DNA of 64,000 nt from an uncultured Actinomycetes bacterium. GTDB lineage: Bacteria > Actinomycetota > UBA4738 > JBBDTT01. The translations under genes and the position numbers were made by a program. Shown here one piece after another: positions 1 to 10,627 of this stretch; positions within the stretch are counted from its first letter, which is position 1, and each line of letters starts with the position of its first letter. Below the pieces are notes generated by a model, which saw only the letters and a list, made by a program, of their open reading frames with translations, made no database searches and was not told the DNA's origin. The stretch is from contig CAVUMN010000002.1 in assembly GCA_963742735.1 (NCBI GenBank), positions 160,694-224,693 of the forward strand, given 5' to 3'.

Positions 1-91
1 CGCATCGCCGAGCTCGGGTCCATCAACAAGGCGGCATGACCCGCGACCGGCTCGTACGTCTGCAGCCGCGTCTCTCCGGCCGCTGGATCGC

Positions 92-2647
92 CTAAGCGTC
101 GATCCGCTCCAGGCCGAGCTCCAGGGCATCGTCCGACTTCAGCCCCCGGCCGGCGACGAGCTCGCGCTCGAAGACTTCGTCCGACAGCGCGGCCCGCGCG
201 TCTTGCTCCCACCCCTGCTCGATCTCGGCGATCTGCGGCCACGGGATCAGTCCCAGGGGTCGGCGGACCGCGTCGCACGCGCCGAGCATCTGCGCGGCGC
301 GCTCCGGGGCGTCCTCCGCGAGGGCCAGGCCCGCCAGGCACGCCAGGACGTAGCCGGTCCCGGCCCGCGAGTCGATGTCCCGGTATCGCGCCACGGCCAG
401 CCGCAGGTGCTCGCGCGCCTCGTCGAGCTCCCCGGCGCGCACCGAGTCGACGGCGAGGTGGTAGTGCGACTCCGCCTGCATGTTCACGTCGCCGAGCGAG
501 CGGCCGAGCGACAACGCTTCGGCGTGCGCCGCCTTCGCCGCGGCGACGTCGCCGTCGTTGAGGAACAGGTCGCCCTGGTGTGACCGCGCGTAGGCAAGGC
601 CGACCATGTCGCCCGCCGCTCGGAACGTCCCCGCCGCCGACTCGAACTCCGCTCGCGCGGGGCCGTCCGGGTCGTACGGCCTGGACACGGCGAGGATCAG
701 CTGCAGCATCCCGGCGCGCTTCGGATCGCCGATCTCCTCCCACGCCGCGAGCGCCTTCGGCCCGAAGGTCGTCAGCTCCTCGTACCGAGACGACGTGAAC
801 AGACGTCCAGCCTGCATCCAGTGGACCATCGCCCAGTCGCGCGGGGTCATCGCCCGCGCCGACGGGGAGCCCTCCAGGACCGCGCTCAGGTCCGGCAACC
901 GCTGGAGGCCCACCCGGATCTGCCAGAAGACCCACGCCGCGCCCATCGGATCGAGGATCGGCCCGACCGATCGGCCGGTCTCGATCAGCCACCCGAGGAC
1001 CGCGAACAGGTTCCCGACCTCGCCGTCGAGCCGCAGCACGGTCTCGGTCTGCTCGGCCGTGTGCAGCCGCGGGGCCTCCGCCCCGAACACCTCCATCAGA
1101 CGCTCGTGCAGGTTCTCGAACACCCGGTCTCGGTCGCCGGAGGTGTCCAGCCGCGCGGACGCGTACGTGCGCACGATCTCGAGCATCCGGAAGCCCGGCT
1201 CGCCGTCCGGACGCTCGCCGACGGAGACCAGGCTGTGATCCACCAGCGTGGACAGATCCTCGACGACGTCATCCGCGTCCCACCCGCACACCGCCTCGAC
1301 CGCGTCCAGCGTGAACGCCCCGCGAAAGACCGACGCTCGCTCGAGCAGCCGCCGAGCGGACGGGGTGAGCAGGCCGTAACTCCAGTCGAGCGTGGCCGCC
1401 AGCGTCTGCTGGCGCTCCGGCAGGTCGGCGAAGCCGCCGGCCAGGTCGAGCCGGCTGCCCAGGCGTTCGAGCACCTGCTCGGGCGAGAGCATGCGGAGCT
1501 GGGCGCTGGCCAGCTCGAGGGCCAGCGGCAGCCCGTCGAGCCGGCGCGAGAGCTCCGCGATCGCGGCCGCGTTGCGGGGCGTCACGTCGAAGGACCGCCG
1601 GACGTCGCGAGCCCGCTCGATCAGCAACGACGTCGCCGGTGCCGTCTCCACCTCCGCGGCCTCCGCCGAGCTCGGCAGCGCGAGCGGCAAGACCGGCCAT
1701 TCGCGCTCCCCGCGCAGGCGCAGGACCGCGCGGCTCGTCACCACGACGTGGACATGCGGGCACCGGTGGAGGAGCTCGGCGAGCTCGTCGCCGGCCGCGA
1801 CGACCTGCTCGAAGTTGTCCAGCAGCAACAGCATCCGCTTGCCCGCCAGCCGCCGGACGATCGCCTCGAGCGCGGGCTCGGTTCCCTCCGGCCGCACCCC
1901 GCACGCGGCGGCGACGGCGTCGAGCACGCGCGCCGGATCGAGCGTGGTGGTCAGGTCGACCCACGCCACCCCGTCGGTCCACCGGTCGCGCGTGCGCTCG
2001 GCGACCGCCAGGGCGAGCCGCGTCTTCCCGATGCCCCCAACCCCCGTCAGCGTCACCAGCCGCGTTGTGCCGTCGGTGAGGGTCTCGATGAGCCGCTCGA
2101 CCTCCTCGTCGCGCCCGACCAGGCGCGTGACCGGCTGCGGGGGAGCGGCGAGCGGGCTCCCCGGCGCGCTCGGCGCCGCGAAGCGCTCGGTCAGCATGAC
2201 CACGAGGTCGTCGGCCAGCAGGACGCGCAGCTCGCCGGCGTCGGCGAACGACTTGTACGAGACGTCCTCGGATTGCAGCTCCGTGAGGAGGTCCTTCAGC
2301 CGGGGCTCGATCTCGGGCGCCGGGCGCTTCAGGTACATCAGGCGCGGCATCGCGGCCCCGAGCCGGAACTCGTCCTCCAGCCCGGAGATCTCCATGTCCG
2401 GCCCGACCCAGCCGTAGCGCTGCCAGTAGATCCCAACGAAGACGTCGGACTGTTCGAGGTAGGCGCGGTACAGGGCCCGCGGCGGATGCGGCCGCGCGCC
2501 GAGCTCGAACATGACCGGCGTCAGCCGCAGTCCCTCGATGGCCTCGCGCGCCGCGGCACGCTCGTCGGCCAGCTCGCCGAGCGTCGACGAGACGAACACG
2601 CGGAGCCGCTGATCCGGCGTTCGGATGCCCGCCGTTTCCTCGTCCAT
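92..2647 (-). CDS. DUF4062 - STAND (NB-ARC-like) ATPase - TPR protein
   Basis: N-terminal RVFVSST...LADER...SDVFVGIYWQRYG (DUF4062); Walker A GVGGIGKT; Walker B LLLLDNFEQ; LDGLPLALELA; helical repeats at C-terminus. Confidence 0.88.
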   Translation of the reverse strand: MDEETAGIRTPDQRLRVFVSSTLGELADERAAAREAIEGLRLTPVMFELGARPHPPRALYRAYLEQSDVFVGIYWQRYGWVGPDMEISGLEDEFRLGAAMPRLMYLKRPAPEIEPRLKDLLTELQSEDVSYKSFADAGELRVLLADDLVVMLTERFAAPSAPGSPLAAPPQPVTRLVGRDEEVERLIETLTDGTTRLVTLTGVGGIGKTRLALAVAERTRDRWTDGVAWVDLTTTLDPARVLDAVAAACGVRPEGTEPALEAIVRRLAGKRMLLLLDNFEQVVAAGDELAELLHRCPHVHVVVTSRAVLRLRGEREWPVLPLALPSSAEAAEVETAPATSLLIERARDVRRSFDVTPRNAAAIAELSRRLDGLPLALELASAQLRMLSPEQVLERLGSRLDLAGGFADLPERQQTLAATLDWSYGLLTPSARRLLERASVFRGAFTLDAVEAVCGWDADDVVEDLSTLVDHSLVSVGERPDGEPGFRMLEIVRTYASARLDTSGDRDRVFENLHERLMEVFGAEAPRLHTAEQTETVLRLDGEVGNLFAVLGWLIETGRSVGPILDPMGAAWVFWQIRVGLQRLPDLSAVLEGSPSARAMTPRDWAMVHWMQAGRLFTSSRYEELTTFGPKALAAWEEIGDPKRAGMLQLILAVSRPYDPDGPARAEFESAAGTFRAAGDMVGLAYARSHQGDLFLNDGDVAAAKAAHAEALSLGRSLGDVNMQAESHYHLAVDSVRAGELDEAREHLRLAVARYRDIDSRAGTGYVLACLAGLALAEDAPERAAQMLGACDAVRRPLGLIPWPQIAEIEQGWEQDARAALSDEVFERELVAGRGLKSDDALELGLERIDA

Positions 2648-2770
2648 CCCGCCGACAGGCTAGTCGCGTCCGGCGCTGTGGCCACCCGTGGTTGGCCAGA
2701 ACGTCCCTTCGCGCGTTCGCGGTACGGCCCTCCACTGTTCCACCCATGGCGTAGCCAGCTGTGGCCAAGC

Positions 2771-3016
2771 TCACGCCGCGAAGCACGACCCGATGACGTC
2801 GGCGACCTCCTCCGCCCCGACCTTGCCCTTCCTCGCCAATCGCTCGGACATCTTGGTGAACCCGGAGACGTCGACGAACGTCAGCGAGCCGTTGATGCGC
2901 TGATGGGGGGTCTCGGCCGGCCGGTGGGTGACGAGCCGCGGGAGGTACGGGCGCAGCCGGTCCGCCTCGATCGAGGCGTTCGCGGTGGGCTCCCGCCCGG
3001 GGCGTGAGACCGGCAT
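2771..3016 (-). pseudogene. N-terminal fragment of a class III adenylate/guanylate cyclase
   Basis: LRPYLPRL...LTFVDVSGFTKMSERL...GAEEVADVIGSCF, then a stop; rest of the catalytic domain is absent. Confidence 0.7.
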
Positions 3017-3143
3017 CCGTCTCCCGTTCGCGGGGCGCCCCAGTGGACTGAGGACACGCCTGCACCAGAGCCTGCAGCACCCTCTGTCAGAGGCCAGGGA
3101 TAGGGTGGCGCGCGTCTCCCCCTCCGAAGATGGGAGACGTACG

Positions 3144-3479
3144 ATGGCCGTGAGTGAACGCGATCGCCACCAGTTGTTCCAAGCGCTTCAGGGGAAGCTC
3201 GGTCCCGCCGAGGCGGAGACGATGATGGCGCTACTCCCACCTCTCGGCTGGGCCGACGTCGCCACGAAGCACGATATCGCGGAGCTCGAGAAGCGCATCG
3301 ACCTTCGTTTCGAGGCTACCGGCGAACGCATCAAGACACTGGAGCACGCGCTCCTGGAGTCGTTCGAGCGTGGTCTCAAGGAGCAGGCTCACCGATTCAC
3401 CATGTTCGCGCTCGCGCTCAACTCCGCGCTTGCCGTTGTGGTAGCCGGGCTCGCCTTCGCGGCGGCCCGCCTCGTGTGA
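3144..3479 (+). CDS. coiled-coil protein with C-terminal membrane anchor (DUF1640-like)
   Basis: LPPLGWADVATKHDI motif, heptad region, hydrophobic C-terminus. Confidence 0.7.
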   Translation: MAVSERDRHQLFQALQGKLGPAEAETMMALLPPLGWADVATKHDIAELEKRIDLRFEATGERIKTLEHALLESFERGLKEQAHRFTMFALALNSALAVVVAGLAFAAARLV

Positions 3480-3536
3480 CCGCTCGCTAGACTCGCTCCC
3501 AGCGCCGGGCGACCGAACGTGGGAGGCATCACACTG

Positions 3537-6262
3537 ATGACCAAGTTCGTCTACGACTTCTCCGAAGGCAACCGCGAGATGAAGGACCTCCTGGGGGGCA
3601 AGGGGGCCAACCTCGCGGAGATGACGAACCTGGGCCTGCCCGTGCCTCCCGGCTTCACCATCACCACCGAGGCGTGCCTGACCTACCTGAAGGAGAACGA
3701 CTTCCCGGCCGGGCTCCTCGAGGAGGCGTTCGAGCACCTCTCCACACTCGAGTCCACCATGTCCCGCTCCCTCGGCGACCCGTCCGACCCCCAACTCGTC
3801 TCCGTCCGCTCGGGGGCGAAGTTCTCCATGCCCGGCATGATGGATACCGTCCTCAACCTCGGCCTGAACGACCAGTCGGTCGAGGGCCTCGCGAAGCAGT
3901 CCGGCGACCTCCGCTTCGCGCGCGACGCGTACCGCCGCTTCATCCAGATGTTCGGCAAGATCGTCCTGGACATCGACGGCGAGAAGTTCGAGGAGGTCCT
4001 CGACCACGCCAAGGAACAGGCAGGCGTCAAGACGGACCCCGAGCTGAACCCCGACCAGCTCGCCGAGGTCATCGAGACCTTCAAGGGCATCATCAAGGCC
4101 GAGCACGGCTCCGAGTTCCCCCAGGATCCCCGCGAGCAGCTGAAGGCCGCGATCGTCGCCGTCTTCTCCTCCTGGAACGGCGCCCGCGCCATCGCGTACC
4201 GCCGCCAGAACAAGATCTCCGACGACCTCGGCACCGCGGTCAACGTCCAGGCCATGGTGTTCGGCAACATGGGCGAGGACTCCGGCACCGGCGTCGCGTT
4301 CACCCGCGACCCCGCCACCGGCCAGAAGGTCCCCTACGGCGACTACCTCGTGAACGCCCAGGGCGAGGACGTCGTCGCCGGCATCCGCAACACCCTGCGC
4401 ATGGCAGACCTTGAGTCGATCAACAAGGCCGCGTACGACGAGCTCATGCAGAACATGGACGTGCTCGAGCAGCACTACCGGGACATGAACGACATCGAGT
4501 TCACGATTGAAAAGAAGAAGCTCTGGATGCTCCAGACCCGTATCGGCAAGCGCACCGCGTTCGCCGAGTGGATCATGGCGAAGGACATGCTCGACGAAGG
4601 GCTGATCGACGAGGACACGGCTCTTCTTCGCGTCGACGCCGAACCGCCTCGAGGAGCTCTTCAAGAAGGTCATCTCCACCGACGCGAAGGCCAAGGCGAA
4701 CGCCATCGCCTCCGGCCTCAACGCGTCAGCCCGGCGCGGCCACCGGCAAGGTCGTGTTCACCGCCGACGCCGCGGCCGAGGCCGGCAACAACGGCGAGCG
4801 GGTCATCCTGGTCCGCCGCGAGACGACCCCCGACGACTACCACGGCATGATCGCCGCCCAGGGCATCCTCACCTCCGCCGGCGGCACGAACTCCCACGCC
4901 GCCGTCGTGGCCCGCGGCGAGGGGATCCCCGCCGTCTGCGGCGCCGACGCCATCCGTATCGACCGCAAGGCCGGGCAGTTCGTCGCCAACGGCACCACCG
5001 TCAAGGAAGGCGACGTCATCACCATCGACGGCTTCGACGGCAACGTCTACGTCGGCGAGCTCCCCCTCGAGGAGTCCAAGCTCGAGAAGGCCCGCGGCGG
5101 CGACGCCGAGTCCCGCAAGGAGAAGATCTGGCAGGCCTTCGAGGCCCTCATGGCGCACGCCGACAAATCCCGCCGTCTGAAGGTCCGCGCCAACGCCGAC
5201 ACCCCCGACCAGGCCACCAACGCCGTCGCCCGCGGCGCCCAGGGGATCGGCCTGTGCCGCACCGAGCACATGTTCCTCGGCGAGGAGCGCGTCGCCGCGG
5301 TCCGCAAGATGATCTTCGCCGACACCGCCGAGGAGGAGGCCGCCGCCTACGAGGCCCTCCTCCCGCTCCAGCGCGAGGACTTCGTCGGCATCTTCGAGGC
5401 CATGGACGGCCTGCCCGTCACCGTCCGCCTGCTCGACCCGCCCCTGCACGAGTTCCTGCCCAACCACGTCGACGCGGCCGTGGCCGTCGCCGTCGCCGAG
5501 TCGCAGAACGCCGAGAGCGTCGTGATCGACGACGAGAAGCTCTCCATGGACGACGCGAAGGCCCTGCTCCACCAGCTCGAGGCCCTCCACGAGGCGAACC
5601 CCATGCTCGGCCTCCGCGGCGTCCGCCTGGGGATCCTCAAGCCCGGCCTGTACGCCATGCAGGTCCGCGCCATCGTCGAGGCCGCCATCGCCCGCAAGCA
5701 GGCCGGCGGCAACCCGGTCGTCGAGATCATGATCCCGCTCGTCGCCACCCGCGCCGAGCTCGAGCAGATGCGCGACGAGCTCGAGCCGGTCGCCGAGAAG
5801 CTCATCGAGGATGCCGGCGCCGGCGAGCTCGACATCCTGTGGGGGACCATGATCGAGCTGCCCCGCGCGGCCGTCGCCGCCGGCGACATCGCCGAGGTCG
5901 CCGAGTTCTTCTCCTTCGGCACCAACGACCTCACCCAGACCGCGTTCGGGTTCAGCCGCGACGACATCGGCAAGTTCCTCGGCATGTACGAGGAGCGCAA
6001 GCTCGTCCCCGCCAACCCCTTCGTGACCATCGACCGCCAGGGCGTCGGCGAGCTCATGAAGATGGCCGTGGAACGCGGCAAGGCCGCCAACGACCACCTC
6101 CACCTCGGCATCTGCGGCGAGCACGGAGGAGACCCCGCGAGCGTCGTCTTCTGCCACGAGCTCGGCCTGGACTACGTCAGCTGCAGCCCCTTCAGGATCG
6201 AAACCGCCAGGCTCGCCGCCGGCCAGGCCGCAGTGGGGCTGGCCGAAGTCGCCTCGAAGTAA
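3537..6262 (+). CDS. ppdK: pyruvate, phosphate dikinase (frameshifts near 4640-4730, probably sequencing errors)
   Basis: KDLLGGKGANLAEM, SVRSGAKFSMPGMMDT, phospho-His TNSHAAVVAR, GIGLCRTEHMF, FSFGTNDLTQ, GICGEHGGDP. Confidence 0.96.
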
Positions 6263-6326
6263 TCGTGTCACTGCAGGGTGATTGACTTCCCAACTGCCCG
6301 GAAGGAAGGTTGCCCGAGGTGGTGAC

Positions 6327-6539
6327 GTGAGCGAGCAAGAGCGAAAGGATCTCCCCGACCAGCCCCCTTGGGATCCGCCTCCGCCGGGGTTCATGGATCG
6401 GCCCGAGGTCAAGAAGGCGGTCGAGGACACGCTGCGCCGCATGCGCGAGCGCAAGGACTGGAAGCCGGGCCGGACGGTAGACGAGATCTTCGACGAGTTC
6501 GAGGCCCGTGAGCGCAAACGTCTGGCGTCTGGAGACTGA
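6327..6539 (+). CDS. small protein, putative antitoxin (paralogue of 10421-10627)
   Basis: 70 aa; PPGFMDRPEVKKAVE shared with second copy; overlaps downstream ORF. Confidence 0.65.
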   Translation: MSEQERKDLPDQPPWDPPPPGFMDRPEVKKAVEDTLRRMRERKDWKPGRTVDEIFDEFEARERKRLASGD

Positions 6540-6769
6540 CGCTGAATTCAGGCTGCTCGTTCCATGGCTTGAACAAACCAGGTCAGAGCCCCTCAGGCAG
6601 GGCCGCGATGCGCGAGTGGCTGGCTTGGTTGAGCACTCACCCTGGCGGTGGAGCCCAGGAAGTACCAGGGGTCTACTCGGCGACGGTGCGCGGGGCGGGC
6701 GTAATCGTTGTCTGGACGCTCGATCACGACAAGCGAGAGATCGCGCTCGCTCTGATCGGCGAAGCGTGA
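6508..6769 (+). CDS. RelE/ParE-like small protein, putative toxin (one +1 frameshift near 6600)
   Basis: Removing one G of the run at ~6600 gives MSANVWRL...AMREWLAWLSTHP...EVPGVYSATV...VVWTL...IALALIG, colinear with 10590-10850. Confidence 0.6.
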
Positions 6770-7060
6770 GACACGAAGGGGTCCGCACCTGACACCAGAG
6801 ACGACGTCGCCTCCCGCCGCCACTCACGAAAAATAGCGGCGGCGCTATGTTCCCGGCCGGCTGAGGCGACTCGTGGATGACCGCCCAACGCTTCCGTGCG
6901 GGACGCTGCGGGACCTACTGCGGCGCGGCACCTCGCACCGCTCGCCGAACCCCTGGATATAGCGCCTGTGGTCTATTCCGCTGAGTCGCCGTGCGGAGGC
7001 CTCGCCTCCCCTCCGGCACCGCCGCCCAACCATGACGGCCTTGGGGCAAGCTACTGCTGC

Positions 7061-7444
7061 ATGAAGCTCGTCTATCTCTACGTGGGTTCGAACGATGTGG
7101 GCGCCGACCTCGAGCTCTACCGCGACGGCCTGGGCGCCCAAGTCGTCCTCGACATCTCCTCCGGCGGAACCCGCGTCGCCGCCGTCAGGTTCGGCGACGA
7201 CCCCAAGAGTCCGCTCTGGCTCCTCGCCGACCACCGACGAGCCCCCAACGTCCTCCCCATCTGGGCGGTCGACGACCTGGACGCCACAACACGCGCCCTG
7301 AAGTCCGCCGGCTACAAGGACAACCTCGGCCATCGGGTCGAGGTGCCCGACGGCCCGGTCCAGCTCCTCACGGACCCGAGCGGGAACCAGATCGGCCTGA
7401 TGGAGCAGACCCGCCCCAGCATCCTGGAGCGCGGCGGCCACTGA
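7061..7444 (+). CDS. VOC/glyoxalase family protein
   Basis: YRDGLG...WAVDDLDA...DPSGNQIGLME pattern. Confidence 0.85.
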   Translation: MKLVYLYVGSNDVGADLELYRDGLGAQVVLDISSGGTRVAAVRFGDDPKSPLWLLADHRRAPNVLPIWAVDDLDATTRALKSAGYKDNLGHRVEVPDGPVQLLTDPSGNQIGLMEQTRPSILERGGH

Positions 7445-7449
7445 AATCC

Positions 7450-7480
7450 CCCGTCCGGGGCCCAACCACCCCCGGCCGGG
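7450..7480 (+). terminator. GC-rich hairpin after VOC gene
   Basis: CCCGTCCGGGG-N8-CCCCGGCCGGG inverted repeat; no U tract. Confidence 0.4.
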
Positions 7481-7572
7481 CGATGTGCCGTGTCACCGCC
7501 CCGCGCTAGCGTGCGTCTGGTCAATCGTTCGGTCCCCTCCCTCGCCTGAACGCGAGTGGGAGGTGGTGCGTC

Positions 7573-8973
7573 ATGAAGGGATCCAGGCGATGGTCGAGCG
7601 TGGGCCTGGTGATGGGGGTGCTGCTCGGGGCGGCGCTCCTCGCGGTCGGCCGGAGCGCGGCCGGCCCCACGGGCACGCTCCAGCCCGACGCCGGTACTCC
7701 CGAGATCGACGTCGTGCACCGGAGCCCGCTGCTCGTGCTCCCCGGTGAGGCGGCCGCGCTCGACTACGAGGTGGTCTGCCCGACGGCCGACCCGAACGCG
7801 TCCTGCCTCGGCGCGGGCGACGTGTTCGTGAGGCGCGCCGGCGCGGAGTCCTACACGCGCCTGCCGCTGGAGCGTCAGGCCGGCGGCGTGCTGCGCGCCA
7901 CCCTCCCCGCCGCGTTCTCGAACACCGGCTTCGCGTACTACGCGCGCATCCACGAGGAGACGACCGGCGCGACCCGCACCCTTCCCCCCGGCGGCGCGGA
8001 CGGGCCCCATCGCGTGTGGGTCATGCGCAACCTGATGACGGTGAAGCTCGGCACGCACGCCTTCGGGCACACCCGCGCGCCGGACGCGATCGTCGCCCGC
8101 GGCGCGTGGGGGAGCGGACGCGACCAGTTCGGCCTCGACGACGGGTCCGAGCAGGCCCGGGTGGGTGTGGGGTCGTTCGACGTCGCGGCGGACGGCTCGG
8201 TGGTGGTGCTCGACCAGATCAACGGCCGGATCACGACGTTCTTCCCCGGGGTGGGAACGCGTCAGGTTCCGGTGTCGCTCGCCGGAGGGCTGGGGGATCT
8301 CGCCCTCGCTCCCGACGGGCGGATGGTCGTGGTCGAGACCGGCGGGCCCGGCGCGCGGACGCCCGCGATACGGCTGCTCGCGCCGAACGGCCGGCAGATC
8401 GCCGCCGGCCAGCTGGCCGAACGCACCTCCGGCCAGGTCCGGTGGAGCCCGGCCGGCGCGGTCGTCCAGCAGACGCCGTCCGACGCCTGGATGCAGGCCA
8501 CCGAGGGGACGGCCTCCGTCCTCACCGTGGCCGAGCAGGGCCTGACCGCCCGCGTGGGCCGGCTCGTCGACGCCGCCGAGATCGACGCGCTCGTGAAGGG
8601 CGTCGCCGATCCCGAGGTCGAGCTCGTCGTCGACGCCCTGTCGAACGACACCCGCTACGCGCTGGTGTCGAACGACGAGGCGCTGTTCGGCTGGCGGGTC
8701 CTCAGCGACACGACCCTGGGCGAGGTCCAGCTGGTCGAGCCGCACCGGGACGGACTGCTCGTGGTCCAGCGGGTGTGGACCGACCGGGTGGCCGAGTTCC
8801 GGGTCCTGCACCTCACGGCGCTCGGCGTGAAGCGCCGGTTCGCGGTCCAGGCCCTCGAGTGGGCGGAGACCTCTCCGCTCAGCCAGTTCCGCTACGCGAA
8901 CGGCAGCCTGTACCAGCTCCGATCGACCGAGACCGGCGCCGAGATCGCCCGGTTCTCCGTGGGAGGTGAGTGA
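7573..8973 (+). CDS. secreted hypothetical protein, probable C-terminal beta-propeller
   Basis: Signal peptide; blade-like SFDVAADGSVVVLD and DLALAPDGRMVVVE. Confidence 0.7.
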   Translation: MKGSRRWSSVGLVMGVLLGAALLAVGRSAAGPTGTLQPDAGTPEIDVVHRSPLLVLPGEAAALDYEVVCPTADPNASCLGAGDVFVRRAGAESYTRLPLERQAGGVLRATLPAAFSNTGFAYYARIHEETTGATRTLPPGGADGPHRVWVMRNLMTVKLGTHAFGHTRAPDAIVARGAWGSGRDQFGLDDGSEQARVGVGSFDVAADGSVVVLDQINGRITTFFPGVGTRQVPVSLAGGLGDLALAPDGRMVVVETGGPGARTPAIRLLAPNGRQIAAGQLAERTSGQVRWSPAGAVVQQTPSDAWMQATEGTASVLTVAEQGLTARVGRLVDAAEIDALVKGVADPEVELVVDALSNDTRYALVSNDEALFGWRVLSDTTLGEVQLVEPHRDGLLVVQRVWTDRVAEFRVLHLTALGVKRRFAVQALEWAETSPLSQFRYANGSLYQLRSTETGAEIARFSVGGE

Positions 8974-9646
8974 GGTGACGGCCCGCCGGTTCGCGGCGAG
9001 CGCCTTGCTGGGGCTCGTCCTGGTGGCGGTGTGCGGCGTCCCGTGGGCGGCGGCGAACCACACCAACTTCCAGGACACGTGCGCCGGCGGCGCGTACAAC
9101 ATCACCTCGAAGATGAAGCGGTCCCAGTCGCGCGGCTACGCCGCTGTCGCCCGGTACGAGGGCTATCAGTGGGGCGGCGGGTGCTGGAACAACAACAACA
9201 CGGACGACGCGCCCGGCGATCCCACCGGAGATCCCAACTCCAACGGTGAGGGGGGCGACTGCTCCGGGTTCACCGCGAAGGCCTGGTACCTGCGGCCGGA
9301 CACCAGCCAGTCCGGGTTCCGGATCCACGACGCCATGGAGAACTACCACGGGCCGCTGCAGGCCTGGGAGTACCGGGACGGCGTCAGCGCGCCGGTGTTC
9401 AACATCGCCAAGGCCGACGCGATCATGATGGACGCGTTCGCCTCCGGCGGCCACGTCGCCACGATCTACGCCACGTACTCCTACAACGCCGACGACATGA
9501 TCGAGGCGCGGGGCGAGGCGTACGGGACCGGCATCTGGCGCCAGACGTACCGGGGCAACCCCGACTACGCGGGCGTCCGCCGGGCCATGTGGCAGCTCGA
9601 ATGCCACCCGAACTGCGCGGGCGCAGAATCGGAACCGGAGGCGTAG
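8966..9646 (+). CDS. secreted NlpC/P60-like papain-fold enzyme
   Basis: Signal peptide; YQWGG...GDCSGF (catalytic Cys)...GHVA (His)...IEARG. Confidence 0.72.
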   Translation: MSEVTARRFAASALLGLVLVAVCGVPWAAANHTNFQDTCAGGAYNITSKMKRSQSRGYAAVARYEGYQWGGGCWNNNNTDDAPGDPTGDPNSNGEGGDCSGFTAKAWYLRPDTSQSGFRIHDAMENYHGPLQAWEYRDGVSAPVFNIAKADAIMMDAFASGGHVATIYATYSYNADDMIEARGEAYGTGIWRQTYRGNPDYAGVRRAMWQLECHPNCAGAESEPEA

Positions 9647-9664
9647 GGACGTGATGAGAGAGGG

Positions 9665-10360
9665 GTGGTGACCGTGCGGAGGTGGACGGGTCTCCCGTTG
9701 TTGCTGGCGATCGCGGTCTGGGGCTCCGCGTGCGTCGGGGAGCCCGACGTCCCGCCCACGGTCACCACCCCCGCCACCTCCGGCACGCCGTTGGAGGACC
9801 ACCCGGACCTGGGCTTCGCGGTCTGGCCGGAGGACACGGAAGAGGGCGCCTTCGCCGCCTCGGAGAACCCGAAGCCGTACCGGTTCGACGCCGAGGAGAC
9901 GGCCCTCGCCTTCGCGTCGGACGTCCTGGCCTGGGACGACGCGTCCACCGAGTCCTACGACGGGCCCGTGGAGTGCGGCGACCGGACGTGCCTCCTCGTT
10001 CGCCGAGAGCCCGGGGGACCGGCCGCGCTGGTCATCGTGGCCCAGCTGGTCCCGGAGCTGTGGTCGGTCACCTACGTCGGCTCGCCCGATGACACCTCGA
10101 TCGCGCTCAGCCTGGGCGTGGAGGGCTCGAAGGTGAACGCCGTCTTCGACCTCGGCGACGCCTCCTCGGCCCGGTTGGTCGTCGGCTACGGCGGCCGCGG
10201 AGGGATGCACGTCTACCTGGAGACCTCCACGAAGCCCTGGGACCTCGGCTTCGAGCCCGACACGACCGGCCACTACCTCCTGACCTTCAGAGACGCCGAC
10301 GGAGTGGTGACCGCCGCCCTCGGCGCCCCCCTCCCCAAGGGCGACCTGGCTGCGGGCTGA
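9665..10360 (+). CDS. hypothetical lipoprotein
   Basis: Hydrophobic leader ending GSAC, Pro/Thr linker, acidic body. Confidence 0.65.
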   Translation: MVTVRRWTGLPLLLAIAVWGSACVGEPDVPPTVTTPATSGTPLEDHPDLGFAVWPEDTEEGAFAASENPKPYRFDAEETALAFASDVLAWDDASTESYDGPVECGDRTCLLVRREPGGPAALVIVAQLVPELWSVTYVGSPDDTSIALSLGVEGSKVNAVFDLGDASSARLVVGYGGRGGMHVYLETSTKPWDLGFEPDTTGHYLLTFRDADGVVTAALGAPLPKGDLAAG

Positions 10361-10420
10361 TTGACTCCCGATCCGAAAGGCGTAGCTTGGTGGAGGTCGA
10401 CTCGGCCCCTGAGAGGAGCC

Positions 10421-10627
10421 ATGGAGGAGCAGCCGGCAGGCCAAGAGGTCCACAGCGAAGACGAAGGCGCGCCACCCGGTTTCATGGATCGTCCCGAGGT
10501 AAAAGCCGCGGTCGAGCGTGCGCTCCAGTCGGTTGGGAAGCACAGGATTCGTCCTGGACTAACGGGCGACCAGGCGCTTCGTCAGCTCCGTGAGTCCGGG
10601 TATCTGGAGGCTGGACGCAGCCAGTGA
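10421..10627 (+). CDS. small protein, putative antitoxin (paralogue of 6327-6539)
   Basis: RBS AGGAG; PPGFMDRPEVKAAVE motif. Confidence 0.65.
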   Translation: MEEQPAGQEVHSEDEGAPPGFMDRPEVKAAVERALQSVGKHRIRPGLTGDQALRQLRESGYLEAGRSQ

